From: Candidatus Acidiferrales bacterium
GTDB taxonomy: Bacteria > Acidobacteriota > Terriglobia > Acidiferrales > UBA7541
Direction of reading: 5' to 3'
DNA length: 41,247 bases
Assembly (NCBI GenBank): GCA_038227545.1
Contig: JBBRPU010000001.1
Coordinates: 1 to 41,247 of the forward strand
In this document: piece after piece, positions 18,621-28,469 of the stretch
How positions within the stretch are numbered: position 1 is the stretch's first letter
How the letters are laid out: each line of letters starts with the position of its first letter
Notes under the pieces: model-generated
What the model saw: only the letters and a program-made list of their open reading frames with translations
Told to the model about the DNA's origin: nothing
Databases searched by the model: none
Position numbers and translations under genes: made by a program

Positions 18621-20036
18621 TTGAGTTCTCTGTCGCTTCCCACGCAATATCCCACACACGCAATTTCCATCCCTAAAAAACGAGTCGCTAAGCTGACCCT
18701 GTGGCCGCTTGTGGCGGCGACGTTCTTCATGGTGTCGGGCGGCACATATGGCACGGAAGAAATTGTGAATGGCGCCGGCTACGGCCATGGAATTTTGATT
18801 CTGCTTTTCTTGCCGGTGCTGTGGTGCCTGCCGACGGCTTTCATGATCGGCGAATTGTCGAGCGCGCTGCCCGAGGAGGGCGGTTACTACGCGTGGGTGC
18901 GCCGCGGGCTTGGAAATTTCTGGGGATTTCAGGAAGCGTGGCTTTCGCTGGCGGCCAGTATTTTTGATATGGCCATTTATCCGACCCTGTTTGTGTTTTA
19001 TCTCAAGCAGATGTCGCCGTGGTTCGGAGTTGGAAATCATGGCGTGCTCGCGGGACTTTTTGTGGTGATCACCTGCGCGGCGCTGAACCTCGCGGGGATC
19101 CGGGTAGTGGGGATCACTTCGTTGTGGTTGTTCTTCCTGCTTTCCGCGCCGTTCGCGCTGGTGGTAGTTCTCGCTCCGATGCGCGCGGGCGCGTTTGCAG
19201 GTATGCACACAGGCGAAACCGGGGCGGGACTGGGACTGCTCGGCGGCGTGCTGGTGGCGATGTGGAATTACATGGGCTGGGACAACGCTTCCACGATCGC
19301 GCAGGAAGTGGAGAAGCCGCAGCGTACTTATCCGAAGGCGATGATTGCAGCGGTGGTGCTGGTATCGCTGACCTACGTGCTGCCGTTTCTGGCGGTTTAT
19401 GCAATGGGAGTTCCCGCGGCGGCGTTCGCGGAAGACGGATCGTGGGCCACGGTGGCCGGGCTCGTCGGCGGAAAAGTGTTGGGTTTTGAGTGGCTGCGAT
19501 TTTTAGTGGTGCTGGGCGGCATGATGAGCGCCTTCGGCATGTTCAACGCGCTGGTGATGAGTTATTCGCGGTTGCCACTGGCCATGGCGCGCGATGGCAT
19601 GTTGCCAAAAGTTTTTGCCAGGACCAGCGCCAGAACACAGGCGCCCTGGGTGGCGATCCTCGCTTGCGCAACCTGCTGGGCGCTGTGCCTGGGCTTGGGA
19701 TTCAAGCGGCTGGTCACGCTGGACATCATGCTCTATGGCGCGGCGCTGATGCTGGAATTCGTCACGCTAGTGGCGCTGCGCATTCGTGAGCCGAATTTGA
19801 AGCGTGAATTTCGCGTTCCTGGCGGATTGACGGGGGCGATTCTTGCCGGCATATTTCCGATGATACTTCTGACCATCGCGATGGTGGAGAGCGAATCACA
19901 GTCGGTGCTGGGAATGAATGGGCTGTTGTTTGGCGTGCTGATCATGGGCGCGGGATTCGGTTTGTATGCTTCTACGCGTAAGCTGCGTAAGCGTCTGACC
20001 GGAGACGCGTCCACTAAGCTCGCCGAACTTGCTTAG
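18621..20036 (+). CDS. APC superfamily amino acid/polyamine permease
   Basis: About 12 hydrophobic segments; VSGGTYGTEE, ELSSALPEEGGYYAWV, WNYMGWD, SRLPLAMARDGMLP; TTG start. Confidence 0.92.
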   Translation: MSSLSLPTQYPTHAISIPKKRVAKLTLWPLVAATFFMVSGGTYGTEEIVNGAGYGHGILILLFLPVLWCLPTAFMIGELSSALPEEGGYYAWVRRGLGNFWGFQEAWLSLAASIFDMAIYPTLFVFYLKQMSPWFGVGNHGVLAGLFVVITCAALNLAGIRVVGITSLWLFFLLSAPFALVVVLAPMRAGAFAGMHTGETGAGLGLLGGVLVAMWNYMGWDNASTIAQEVEKPQRTYPKAMIAAVVLVSLTYVLPFLAVYAMGVPAAAFAEDGSWATVAGLVGGKVLGFEWLRFLVVLGGMMSAFGMFNALVMSYSRLPLAMARDGMLPKVFARTSARTQAPWVAILACATCWALCLGLGFKRLVTLDIMLYGAALMLEFVTLVALRIREPNLKREFRVPGGLTGAILAGIFPMILLTIAMVESESQSVLGMNGLLFGVLIMGAGFGLYASTRKLRKRLTGDASTKLAELA

Positions 20037-20194
20037 ATCAACAGCACGCTATTCCGGGTTCGCGGTCATTTACTCGCTGCTACGAGCAGCGTCCAAGAAA
20101 CGAATCCATTCCATCCAAACTCCCTTACTTTGCAACGCTTCGTGCTGAGATATACTCCGCGCGTGCGAAGGCTCGTTTACGTGGAGACCAATCT

Positions 20195-23100
20195 GTGAAC
20201 ACGCGACACCCGTTTTTGTCCTGGCTGACACTCGGACTTATTTTCTGCGCCACGCTGATTGCGCTACACGTGCCAGCTTCCCGTGGACAGAATGCCGCGA
20301 CCGGATTCGACCAAAAGTTGTTTCAGGAATTGCGCTGGCGCTCTATCGGACCGCATCGCGGCGGCCGCTCGCTGGCAGTTACAGGAGTTCGCGGGCAGCC
20401 GGAATTGTTTTATTTCGGCTCGGTGGATGGCGGAGTATGGCGCACCAATGACGCCGGGAGAACGTGGAATCCAATTTTCGATTCGCAGCCGGTCGGCTCT
20501 ATCGGAACGATTGCGGTAGCGCCCTCCGATCCCAATGTTGTTTACGTGGGGTCTGGTGAGGCGGACATGCGCTCGGACATCGCGTATGGGAATGGGATGT
20601 ATAAGTCCACGGACGCCGGAAAATCGTGGACGCACATAGGGTTGGCTGACTCGCGGCAGATCGCGCGCATTCTGGTGGATCCCGCCGATCCGAATAAAGT
20701 TTTTGTAGCCGCTCTGGGACACGGCTACGGGCCGAATTCTGAGCGCGGCGTGTTTCGCTCCAGAGACGGGGGCCGGAGTTGGCAGCGAGTTTTATTCCAC
20801 GATGAAAATACCGGTGCGATTGATTTGGCTTTTGAGCCGGGGAATTCCAGCACGCTCTATGCCGCTTTGCTGCAGACGCGACGGCCGCCGTGGAATGTGT
20901 ATCCGCCGTCGAAAGGGCCGGGCAGCGGCTTGTATCGCTCGCGTGACGGCGGGGACACCTGGGAACCGGTGACCGGACATGGATTACCGACGGAAGAAGT
21001 AGGCCGCATGGGAATTGCTTTCGCGCCCAGCAATCCCAAGCGGATTTATCTGATTGTTGACGCGAAAGCCGGCGGTCTGTACCGCTCCCACGACGCGGGA
21101 CAAAACTGGCAATTGATGTCCACGGATCACCGCATCTGGCAGCGTGGCTGGTACTTTGAAGAAGTCACCGTGGATCCGAAGGATGCCGATATTGTTTATG
21201 TGCCGAATACCACGTTGTATCGCTCGCGAGATGGCGGAAAAACTTTCGTGGCCTTCAAGGGCGCGCCCGGCGGAGACGATTATCATCAGCTATGGATTGA
21301 TCCCGACGAACCGCGCCGAATGATTCTGGGGACGGATCAGGGAACGATTGTTTCGCGCAACGGCGGCGAAACCTGGAGCTCCTGGTACAACCAGCCAACC
21401 GGACAGTTTTATCACGTCATCACCGATGACCGATTTCCATACTGGGTTTACGGAGCGCAGCAGGACAGCGGTTCAGCGGCTACACCAAGCCGCGGAAAAT
21501 ATCGCTCGCTGAATTTTCACGATTGGCGGCCCATCTTTACGGGCGACGAGAACGGATATCTGGCGCCGGATCCAAAAAATCCAAGCGTTGTTTTTGGAGG
21601 CTTTGTCGCGCGGCAAGACCTGGATAACGAGCAGACGCAACAGATGCCGCCTACGCTCGCGCAGCCCGGTGCATATCGCCGAACTTGGACATTGCCGCTG
21701 ATTTTTTCCCCGCTCGATCCCCGCGTGCTTTATTTCGGGTCCCAAGTTTTGTTCCGCACGGCCGATGGTGGCAGCTCCTGGAAAGTGATCAGTCCTGACT
21801 TAACGCGCGAAAATCCCGGCACGCCAGCAAATCTGGATGAGCCTACGGTGGCTGACGCGGGGAAAGAAAAACGGCGCGGCGTGATTTATACCATTGGGCC
21901 TTCCTTCTTGCGGAAGGGTGAAATATGGGCGGGAACGGATGACGGGCTCATTCAACTGACGCAGGATGAAGGAAAAACGTGGAGCAACGTGACTCCCACG
22001 GAAATCACAGCGTGGAGCAAAGTAACGCACATAGAGGCGTCTCATTTCGACGCGGGCACCGCTTATGCGGCGGTGGATCGGCACCGACTCGATGATCTGC
22101 ATGCGTATCTGTATCGCACGCGCAATTTCGGAAAAACCTGGCGGCTTGTTTCGCAAGGCATACCGGAAGGCTACTTTTTGAATTGCGTGCGCGAAGATCC
22201 GGTGCGGAAGGGTTTGCTGTACGCGTGCACAGAAAAAGGAGTTTTTGTTTCCTTTGATGATGGCGACCACTGGCAGCCGCTGCAGCTCAATCTTCCCACC
22301 ACTTCGGTGCGTGATCTGGTGATTCACGACGATGACCTGGTGATTGCGACGCACGGGAGATCTTTCTGGATTCTGGATAACATCTCGTCGCTGCGGCAAA
22401 TCACGGCGGAGGTTACGCAGAAACCGGCGTGGTTATTTTCGCCTGCTGTTGCTTATCGTGTGCGCCCAGGCTCGGATCAAGGAAGTCCGGTGCCATTTGA
22501 CGAAGCGCTGGCGGACAATCCTCCGACCGGAGCGGTGCTGGATTATTTCTTGAAAGACACCGCCAGTTCTCCGGTCCAGATTGAAATTCATGACAAAGCA
22601 GGAGCGCTGGTAAGGCGCTTTTCCAGCGACGACGCTTTGGCGAAGACGAAACCCGAAGAAATGGAGTTCCCAATGAATTGGGTGCATGACCCGGAGCCTA
22701 TTTCGGCGTTGGCAGGGATGCATCGTTTTGTATGGGACTTGCACTACGCGTTTCCGGACAGTGTGCGCAGTTCGTATTTCGGTCCATTACCGCCGACCGT
22801 CGTGCCTGGCGCGTATACCGTAAAGCTCATCGCCAATGGGCAAACGCAAACGCAACCGCTCATCCTGAAGATGGATCCGCGAGTCAAAACGTCGCAAGCA
22901 GATCTGGAAAAGCTGCTTCAGGCGGAGTCACGAATCACTGGAAATCTGGGAGAACTTTCGTCCGCTCTGCAAAAAGCTCAGGAACTGCAGTCCGCGGTAG
23001 CGGCGAGACAAAAAGAGGCGGGCGCCAACGGCGAACTGACGGAAGCGCTCTCGGCGGTGGAGCGGAAAAATGCCGAAATTCTGGGCGCGGAGGCGGAACC

Positions 23101-23353
23101 CGAGTTCGGAATTTTCGGATTGGCGCCTCCCGCGAAACAGACGGTCACCCTGCGGGAAGCCACTCCGGCGATGACAAGTTTATTGTTCGCGGTGCAAGGA
23201 TCGGACGCCGCGCCAACCGCCGACGCGGTGATCGCCGTCGAGAGGTGGGAGGGTGCCACACAGGATTTATTAGCGCGATGGAAGAAGTTCTGGGACCACG
23301 ACCGCGAACATGCCAATTCCCTGCTGCAAAAAGCTAACCTCAAGCCATTGTAG
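20195..23353 (+). CDS. Secreted sortilin/VPS10-like BNR beta-propeller protein, paralogue 3
   Basis: Signal peptide; WRSIGPHRGGR; Asp-boxes; FKGAPGGDDY; WYNQPTGQFYHV; closely resembles paralogue 2. Confidence 0.88.
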   Translation: MNTRHPFLSWLTLGLIFCATLIALHVPASRGQNAATGFDQKLFQELRWRSIGPHRGGRSLAVTGVRGQPELFYFGSVDGGVWRTNDAGRTWNPIFDSQPVGSIGTIAVAPSDPNVVYVGSGEADMRSDIAYGNGMYKSTDAGKSWTHIGLADSRQIARILVDPADPNKVFVAALGHGYGPNSERGVFRSRDGGRSWQRVLFHDENTGAIDLAFEPGNSSTLYAALLQTRRPPWNVYPPSKGPGSGLYRSRDGGDTWEPVTGHGLPTEEVGRMGIAFAPSNPKRIYLIVDAKAGGLYRSHDAGQNWQLMSTDHRIWQRGWYFEEVTVDPKDADIVYVPNTTLYRSRDGGKTFVAFKGAPGGDDYHQLWIDPDEPRRMILGTDQGTIVSRNGGETWSSWYNQPTGQFYHVITDDRFPYWVYGAQQDSGSAATPSRGKYRSLNFHDWRPIFTGDENGYLAPDPKNPSVVFGGFVARQDLDNEQTQQMPPTLAQPGAYRRTWTLPLIFSPLDPRVLYFGSQVLFRTADGGSSWKVISPDLTRENPGTPANLDEPTVADAGKEKRRGVIYTIGPSFLRKGEIWAGTDDGLIQLTQDEGKTWSNVTPTEITAWSKVTHIEASHFDAGTAYAAVDRHRLDDLHAYLYRTRNFGKTWRLVSQGIPEGYFLNCVREDPVRKGLLYACTEKGVFVSFDDGDHWQPLQLNLPTTSVRDLVIHDDDLVIATHGRSFWILDNISSLRQITAEVTQKPAWLFSPAVAYRVRPGSDQGSPVPFDEALADNPPTGAVLDYFLKDTASSPVQIEIHDKAGALVRRFSSDDALAKTKPEEMEFPMNWVHDPEPISALAGMHRFVWDLHYAFPDSVRSSYFGPLPPTVVPGAYTVKLIANGQTQTQPLILKMDPRVKTSQADLEKLLQAESRITGNLGELSSALQKAQELQSAVAARQKEAGANGELTEALSAVERKNAEILGAEAEPEFGIFGLAPPAKQTVTLREATPAMTSLLFAVQGSDAAPTADAVIAVERWEGATQDLLARWKKFWDHDREHANSLLQKANLKPL

Positions 23354-23438
23354 CGATTGACGACCAGCGCGACATTTCTCCCAGACGCGGGTTTATATGG
23401 GGGAACGTCGAGAACCCGGCTCAAGAAAAGGACAACAC

Positions 23439-23849
23439 ATGAAGCGTATCAACAAGCAACTCGCAGTGACCGCTGGCTTTTTGCTGGTAGGCATGTTCCC
23501 GGCGCTGAGCAAGGCGCAGAATGCCGCGCCCGCTACAGACCCGGGACAAGCACAGGCGATGCCCGCGCAACACGAAGACAGAGAAGCCGCACTGGCCAAC
23601 CTGAATCTTACGGATGATCAGAAAGCGCAAATGAAGCAGATTCGCGAAGGCACGCGGTCGCAAGTGGACGCGGTGAAGAATGATTCTTCGCTGTCGGCAG
23701 AGCAGAAGGAAGCGAAGATTCACGAAATTCATCGCGCTTCGCATCAGCAAATGAAGAAGGTGCTGACCCCGGAACAGCTCAAACAAATGCATGAGAACAA
23801 GCGCGAACGGCACGAGATGAAACAGCAACAGGCGCCGCCCAACAATTAA
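23439..23849 (+). CDS. Spy/CpxP-like periplasmic protein
   Basis: Signal peptide; LNLTDDQK and VLTPEQ (LTxxQ motifs); AAGGA before ATG 23439. Confidence 0.8.
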   Translation: MKRINKQLAVTAGFLLVGMFPALSKAQNAAPATDPGQAQAMPAQHEDREAALANLNLTDDQKAQMKQIREGTRSQVDAVKNDSSLSAEQKEAKIHEIHRASHQQMKKVLTPEQLKQMHENKRERHEMKQQQAPPNN

Positions 23850-23870
23850 CGGAAGGCGATGCTATTCGGG

Positions 23871-23901
23871 AAGGGGCGGCCGGTGCAGGCCGTCCCTTTT
23901 T
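23871..23901 (+). terminator. Rho-independent terminator
   Basis: GGGGCGGC/GCCGTCCC stem followed by TTTTT. Confidence 0.75.
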
Positions 23902-23959
23902 CGTTGCGCGGGGATTTGCCTGCCGTAGAACGCTTCGCGGATTTGGTATCCTGCTGAAG

Positions 23960-24802
23960 GTGATGAGTCGCGCGGCGAGTTCCTTCATGAAGGTTCAACA
24001 CATTACATGTCGGATAATTATTCTGGCTGGCGTGCTTTTTTTTGCCGCAGCGCCGAGCACTTTTGCACAGATTCCGGAACAGAATTCTGGAGCAGCTAAT
24101 TCCCAGTCGAGCGTCGGCACGCCAACGAATGCACAAACGGCTCCAGCCTCTTCCTCGCCAGCCCAGACCTTTACGCCGCGCCCCGGACTGAATATTGTGG
24201 TGCTGGACCCCGCACATGGCGGCACGGATACCGGCGCGCGTGGAACCGCGGGGATCCGCGAGAGCGAAGTAGTCCTGGAATTTGCCGCACAGGTGCGGCG
24301 CGCGCTTGAAGCACAAGGCTTTCAAGTGGTGCAAACGAGACTGGCTAACGAGAATCCTTCGTTCGACGATCGCTCCGCGCTGGCCAACGCGCAGACTGGC
24401 GCAGTGTTTGTCACGCTGCATGTTTCTTCGACTGGGCTTCCCGGCACGGCGCGGGTGTACGTGAATGCGGATCTTCCGATGCGCCGCGAAGCGAATGGGC
24501 TGATTCCGTGGGATCGCGCGCAGGCTCCCTTCCTGGGATTGAGCCACAAATTCGGCGATATGGTGCAAGGTAACCTGGCGCAAAAATTCAAAGGGTCGCC
24601 TGGTAGCGCGCAAATTTCTCCGATTCGACAACTGCGAACCACTGCGGCACCCGCCATTGCGGTGGAGATTTCATCGGTCACCGTTGCCGATCGCGCCGAT
24701 CTCGACCGCATGGCGCCCGGAATAGCGGACGCTATCGCACGCGGCGCCGCGGCCTTTCGGCCCTCCTATGTCGTAGCCAGCCAGTCGGGAGCGCTGCGGT
24801 GA
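23960..24802 (+). CDS. N-acetylmuramoyl-L-alanine amidase (Amidase_3)
   Basis: VVLDPAHGGTDTGA, ESEV, R..LAN, TLHVS, AIAVEI (Zn ligands and catalytic Glu present); signal peptide; true start may be ATG 23987. Confidence 0.85.
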   Translation: MMSRAASSFMKVQHITCRIIILAGVLFFAAAPSTFAQIPEQNSGAANSQSSVGTPTNAQTAPASSSPAQTFTPRPGLNIVVLDPAHGGTDTGARGTAGIRESEVVLEFAAQVRRALEAQGFQVVQTRLANENPSFDDRSALANAQTGAVFVTLHVSSTGLPGTARVYVNADLPMRREANGLIPWDRAQAPFLGLSHKFGDMVQGNLAQKFKGSPGSAQISPIRQLRTTAAPAIAVEISSVTVADRADLDRMAPGIADAIARGAAAFRPSYVVASQSGALR

Positions 24803-25467
24803 GTGGACGGTGGGTTCGCCTGGTGCTTGGTGGATTGTTTGGCGCGGTAATTATTGCGGCGCTTTATTTTCCGGTGCTCAAACGCCGCGTGACTTCGACC
24901 GCGAAAGTCCAGCCACAATCGGAAGAGCAGGCGCGTCGAGAACTGACGCAATCGCTGACTGCGGCACCTACCGAGCCGCGCGTGAAAGCCAAGCTTTATT
25001 GGGCTTCGAGAGCTAACGACGGGTCGCTGGCGCCGGTGAACATTGACCTGCAACTTGCAAGCGAGCCGGCCTTGCGCGCGAAGCAGGTGCTTAATACGCT
25101 GCTGGCCGGACCCGTGGATACGGAATCAAGAACGTTGCCGCCGGACGCAGTGCTGTTGGCTTTTTATTTGCTACCAGACGGTACGGGCATCGCGGATTTT
25201 TCGGAAGCGCTAGCGAGCTCTATTCCGTCGGGAATAGAGAGCGAGCAATTGGCGGTAGATTCGATAACGCGGACGCTCGCGGCTAATATTCCGCAGGTTC
25301 TACGCCTTAAAATTCTGATTCACGGACAAGAGGTGGAAACACTGGCGGGACACCTGGATCTTACCGAACCGTTTGTGGTCAATCCGCGAGCATTACGAAG
25401 TTCTACCGCCGGTCCGGGTGATGAATGGATTCCGGCGCCTGCGGATCACTCGGCATTGACACCTTAG
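24799..25467 (+). CDS. GerMN domain membrane-anchored protein
   Basis: N-terminal TM; [42 protein letters not shown]; GTGA overlap with the amidase gene. Confidence 0.85.
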   Translation: MSGRWVRLVLGGLFGAVIIAALYFPVLKRRVTSTAKVQPQSEEQARRELTQSLTAAPTEPRVKAKLYWASRANDGSLAPVNIDLQLASEPALRAKQVLNTLLAGPVDTESRTLPPDAVLLAFYLLPDGTGIADFSEALASSIPSGIESEQLAVDSITRTLAANIPQVLRLKILIHGQEVETLAGHLDLTEPFVVNPRALRSSTAGPGDEWIPAPADHSALTP

Positions 25468-25531
25468 AGCAGCTCCCGGCAAACTTACGCAGCATCGCAC
25501 GCACATTTTTAGAAATTCGAGGAATCACCCA

Positions 25532-26287
25532 TTGGGAATTGCAGCCAGACAAAGAGGCGACGGTCGCAACGCCGATCAATTGCGTCCGTTAAAAATTACG
25601 CCGGACTTCATCGCCACCGCGGAAGGCAGCGTGTTGATTGAGCTGGGCAACACGCGCGTGATTTGTACCGCGACGGTTGATGATGGAGTGCCGGGATTTT
25701 TGAAAGGCAGCGGCAAGGGCTGGGTTACCAGCGAGTACGGGATGCTGCCGCGCGCTACTGAAGAGCGCACGCCGCGTGAAGCATCGCGAGGAAAACAGTC
25801 GGGGCGCACGCTGGAGATACAACGGCTCATCGGCAGATCGCTGCGCGCGGCCACAGATCAGGACGTGTTGGGCGAAAGAACGGTGTGGATCGATTGCGAC
25901 GTGATTCAGGCGGACGGTGGCACGCGCACCGCGTCCATCACCGGGGCTTTCGTGGCGCTGGCATTGGCTTTTGAACGACTGGTGGCGGCCGGAATATTGA
26001 AGAGCACGCCGCTGACGGACACGGTGGCGGCCATCAGCGTCGGCATCGTGGATGACCGCGCGTTGCTGGACCTGGCGTACGAAGAGGATTCGCGCGCGGA
26101 AGTGGATATGAACGTGGTGATGACCGGCGGCGGCCACTTCGTGGAAATTCAGGCGTCCGCGGAGGGCCGCCCGTTTACCGGAGGCGAGATGCAGGATTTG
26201 CTGGCGCTGGGCGCCGCCGGAATTCGCAGGCTGACGGAAGATCAACGCGCGGTGTTGCCAGTGAAATTCAGTGCGCGAGCCCGCTAA
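25532..26287 (+). CDS. rph: Ribonuclease PH
   Basis: [60 protein letters not shown]. Confidence 0.97.
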   Translation: MGIAARQRGDGRNADQLRPLKITPDFIATAEGSVLIELGNTRVICTATVDDGVPGFLKGSGKGWVTSEYGMLPRATEERTPREASRGKQSGRTLEIQRLIGRSLRAATDQDVLGERTVWIDCDVIQADGGTRTASITGAFVALALAFERLVAAGILKSTPLTDTVAAISVGIVDDRALLDLAYEEDSRAEVDMNVVMTGGGHFVEIQASAEGRPFTGGEMQDLLALGAAGIRRLTEDQRAVLPVKFSARAR

Positions 26288-26894
26288 GATTTATTTCGCG
26301 TCATCGAATGCGGGCAAACTTGCGGAATTCCGCGCGCTGGCCGCCAATCCCGCCTCGAATATTTCCTCGCCGGTCTTCGTGGAGCTGCTGCCGAAGTTCG
26401 ATTCGATTGCCGCGTTCGAGGAAAATGCTCCCACGTTTGGTGAAAACGCGCTCGGCAAGGCCCTTTACTATTCGCAACTGAGCGAGGGTATTTTGTTTGC
26501 GGACGATTCGGGGCTGGTGGTGCCCGCTCTTGAAGGAAGACCCGGAGTGCGGTCAGCGCGTTATGGCGGCCCGCAGGCCACCAGCACAGAACGCATCGCC
26601 AAATTGCTTGCGGAACTTCGAGGAAAAGCGGCGTCGGAACGCGCGGCATATTTCTGCTGTGTTGTTGCGGCGGTAAAAAATGGGCGGCCGGTCGCCATCG
26701 TGAGCAATCGCGCGGACGGCGAGATTCTGGATGCGCCTCGGGGCTCGGGCGGTTTCGGGTACGACCCAATATTTTATTTGCCGGAGCTGGGAAAAACCTT
26801 TGCGGAACTGTCGGCTGAAGAAAAGAACGAGGACAGTCATCGCGGCAAAGCGTTTCGCAGAGCGCTTACGCTGCTGCAGGCGCTAGCGGGATAG
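26271..26894 (+). CDS. rdgB: Non-canonical purine NTP pyrophosphatase (Ham1 family)
   Basis: [38 protein letters not shown]. Confidence 0.95.
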   Translation: MREPAKIYFASSNAGKLAEFRALAANPASNISSPVFVELLPKFDSIAAFEENAPTFGENALGKALYYSQLSEGILFADDSGLVVPALEGRPGVRSARYGGPQATSTERIAKLLAELRGKAASERAAYFCCVVAAVKNGRPVAIVSNRADGEILDAPRGSGGFGYDPIFYLPELGKTFAELSAEEKNEDSHRGKAFRRALTLLQALAG

Positions 26895-26941
26895 ATTGCG
26901 CTACGCACGTCGCTCTTTCGCGTGTGCTATTCTGGCGCGTC

Positions 26942-27742
26942 ATGCGCGAGAACAAATCAAGAAAGAAAATTGCAGGGAAGAAGGAAACTGCTATTCGCCT
27001 GCCTGAAGGCGGACAATCCCCGTGGAAAACTCGCCGGATCGGTAACAAAGAATGTGTGCTGGGAACTGATCCGCGAAGAGTTGGCGCTCTTCTCGGCGGA
27101 CTAGATGAGGCCTATCCAGAAGCAACCTGCGAACTGAAGCATAAGAGCCCATTTCAACTATTGATCTCCACAATTCTCTCCGCGCAGTGCACCGATGTGC
27201 GCGTCAATCAGGTCACGGAAACGCTGTACAAGAAATATCCGAAGCCGGAAGCATTTGCATATGCCACGCCACACGAACTCGAACAGGAAATTCGTCCCAC
27301 GGGCTTTTTTAGAAATAAGACCAAGTCGGTGATGGGCGCCAGCAAAGCGATCGTCGAGGAGTTTGGCGGCGAAGTACCGCGCACCATGGAGGAAATCCTC
27401 ACGCTGCCAGGTGTGGCGCGTAAGACCGCCAATGTGGTGCTGGGCACCGCTTACGGCATCGCGAAAGGCGTGGTGGTGGACACCCATGTGATGCGGCTGT
27501 CGCGGCGGCTGGATTTATCGCGGAAAACAGAACCGGTAAAAATCGAGCAAGAGCTGATGACGGTGATTCCGCAGAATAAATGGATTCAGTTTTCGCATCA
27601 ACTGATCTGGCACGGCCGCCGTGTGTGCGTAGCGCGTAAGCCGCGGTGCGTGGATTGCAACCTGGAAAAAATCTGCTACTCCGTAGACAAAACCATGTCC
27701 ACTCATCCCGACTCGCCGTGTTTGCCGGAGTCCTACCTGTAG
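26942..27742 (+). CDS. nth: Endonuclease III
   Basis: LSAQCTD; HhH motif LPGVARKTANVV; VDTHV; 4Fe-4S motif C-x6-C-x2-C-x5-C; basic N-terminal extension, start uncertain. Confidence 0.95.
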   Translation: MRENKSRKKIAGKKETAIRLPEGGQSPWKTRRIGNKECVLGTDPRRVGALLGGLDEAYPEATCELKHKSPFQLLISTILSAQCTDVRVNQVTETLYKKYPKPEAFAYATPHELEQEIRPTGFFRNKTKSVMGASKAIVEEFGGEVPRTMEEILTLPGVARKTANVVLGTAYGIAKGVVVDTHVMRLSRRLDLSRKTEPVKIEQELMTVIPQNKWIQFSHQLIWHGRRVCVARKPRCVDCNLEKICYSVDKTMSTHPDSPCLPESYL

Positions 27743-27856
27743 GCGCACCAATTCGGTCATCGCTAATTCTCACTGGGGCTTCCAGAACCTATTAACCGAG
27801 ATTCCGGTATGGCCGCCCTGCGGGAAGTGCCTTAGAATGAACTGCGCACCTCATGT

Positions 27857-27933
27857 CGGGGCGTAGCGCAGCCTGGTAGCGCGCCTGCCTTGGGCGCAGG
27901 AGGCCCCCGGTTCGAATCCGGGCGCCCCGACCA
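27857..27933 (+). tRNA. tRNA-Pro (anticodon TGG)
   Basis: 77-nt cloverleaf CGGGGCG...CGCCCCG-ACCA; anticodon stem CCTGC/GCAGG with loop CT-TGG-GC; GTTCGAATC T-loop. Confidence 0.97.
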
Positions 27934-27942
27934 TGTACTTCT

Positions 27943-28430
27943 TTATTTCCAATGAACTATTTTCGATGCTTCAGCGCCAGAGACCAAATGTGGGTCCAAC
28001 TTGGGTCCAAATAAGAGTCTCTCCAAGCTTTCTACTGCGCGACCCGGCTCTTCCGGGATCGCGTGCAAATAAATCTCGCGCGTGATTTCCGGCGCGGAGT
28101 GCCCCAACAGAGATTGCATGGTACCTATCGGAGTACCCACTCCATCGAGCATCGTCGCGTGGCTATGCCTCAGGAGACGCCAAGTGACACCAGGAAGCCC
28201 TGACTTTCTCGCGGCCGGCTTTAGATGCTTGCGAAGAAGACTCCATCTGTTTAATGGCGTCCCTTCGCGCTTGGCAAATATGAGGGCTCCAACATCCGGC
28301 GCGTCTGGACGCTGTGCGGTGAGGAGTTCCACTGCGGCAACTCCAATCGGGATCGTGCGTATGCCACGTTTCGTCTTAGGGTAGTCGAAGTGAGCGTCGT
28401 ACACCGTTTTCTACCACTCGAAGCAGTCCG
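27943..28430 (-). pseudogene. Tyrosine integrase C-terminal remnant
   Basis: PKT, RLLRHSHAT (HxLRH box with H to R), LGHS, TREIYLH. The N-terminal domains and first catalytic Arg are missing, and there is a frameshift near 28407-28410. It converges on tRNA-Pro. Confidence 0.85.
27991..28010 (+). repeat. TGGGTCCAA direct repeat (x2, 11-bp period), candidate integrase arm-binding sites
   Basis: Copies at 27991-27999 and 28002-28010, about 60 bp from the tRNA 3' end, within the integrase 3' end. Confidence 0.55.
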
Positions 28431-28469
28431 CAGGATTGCCGGAATTATTGAACGGAATAATGGACGAAA

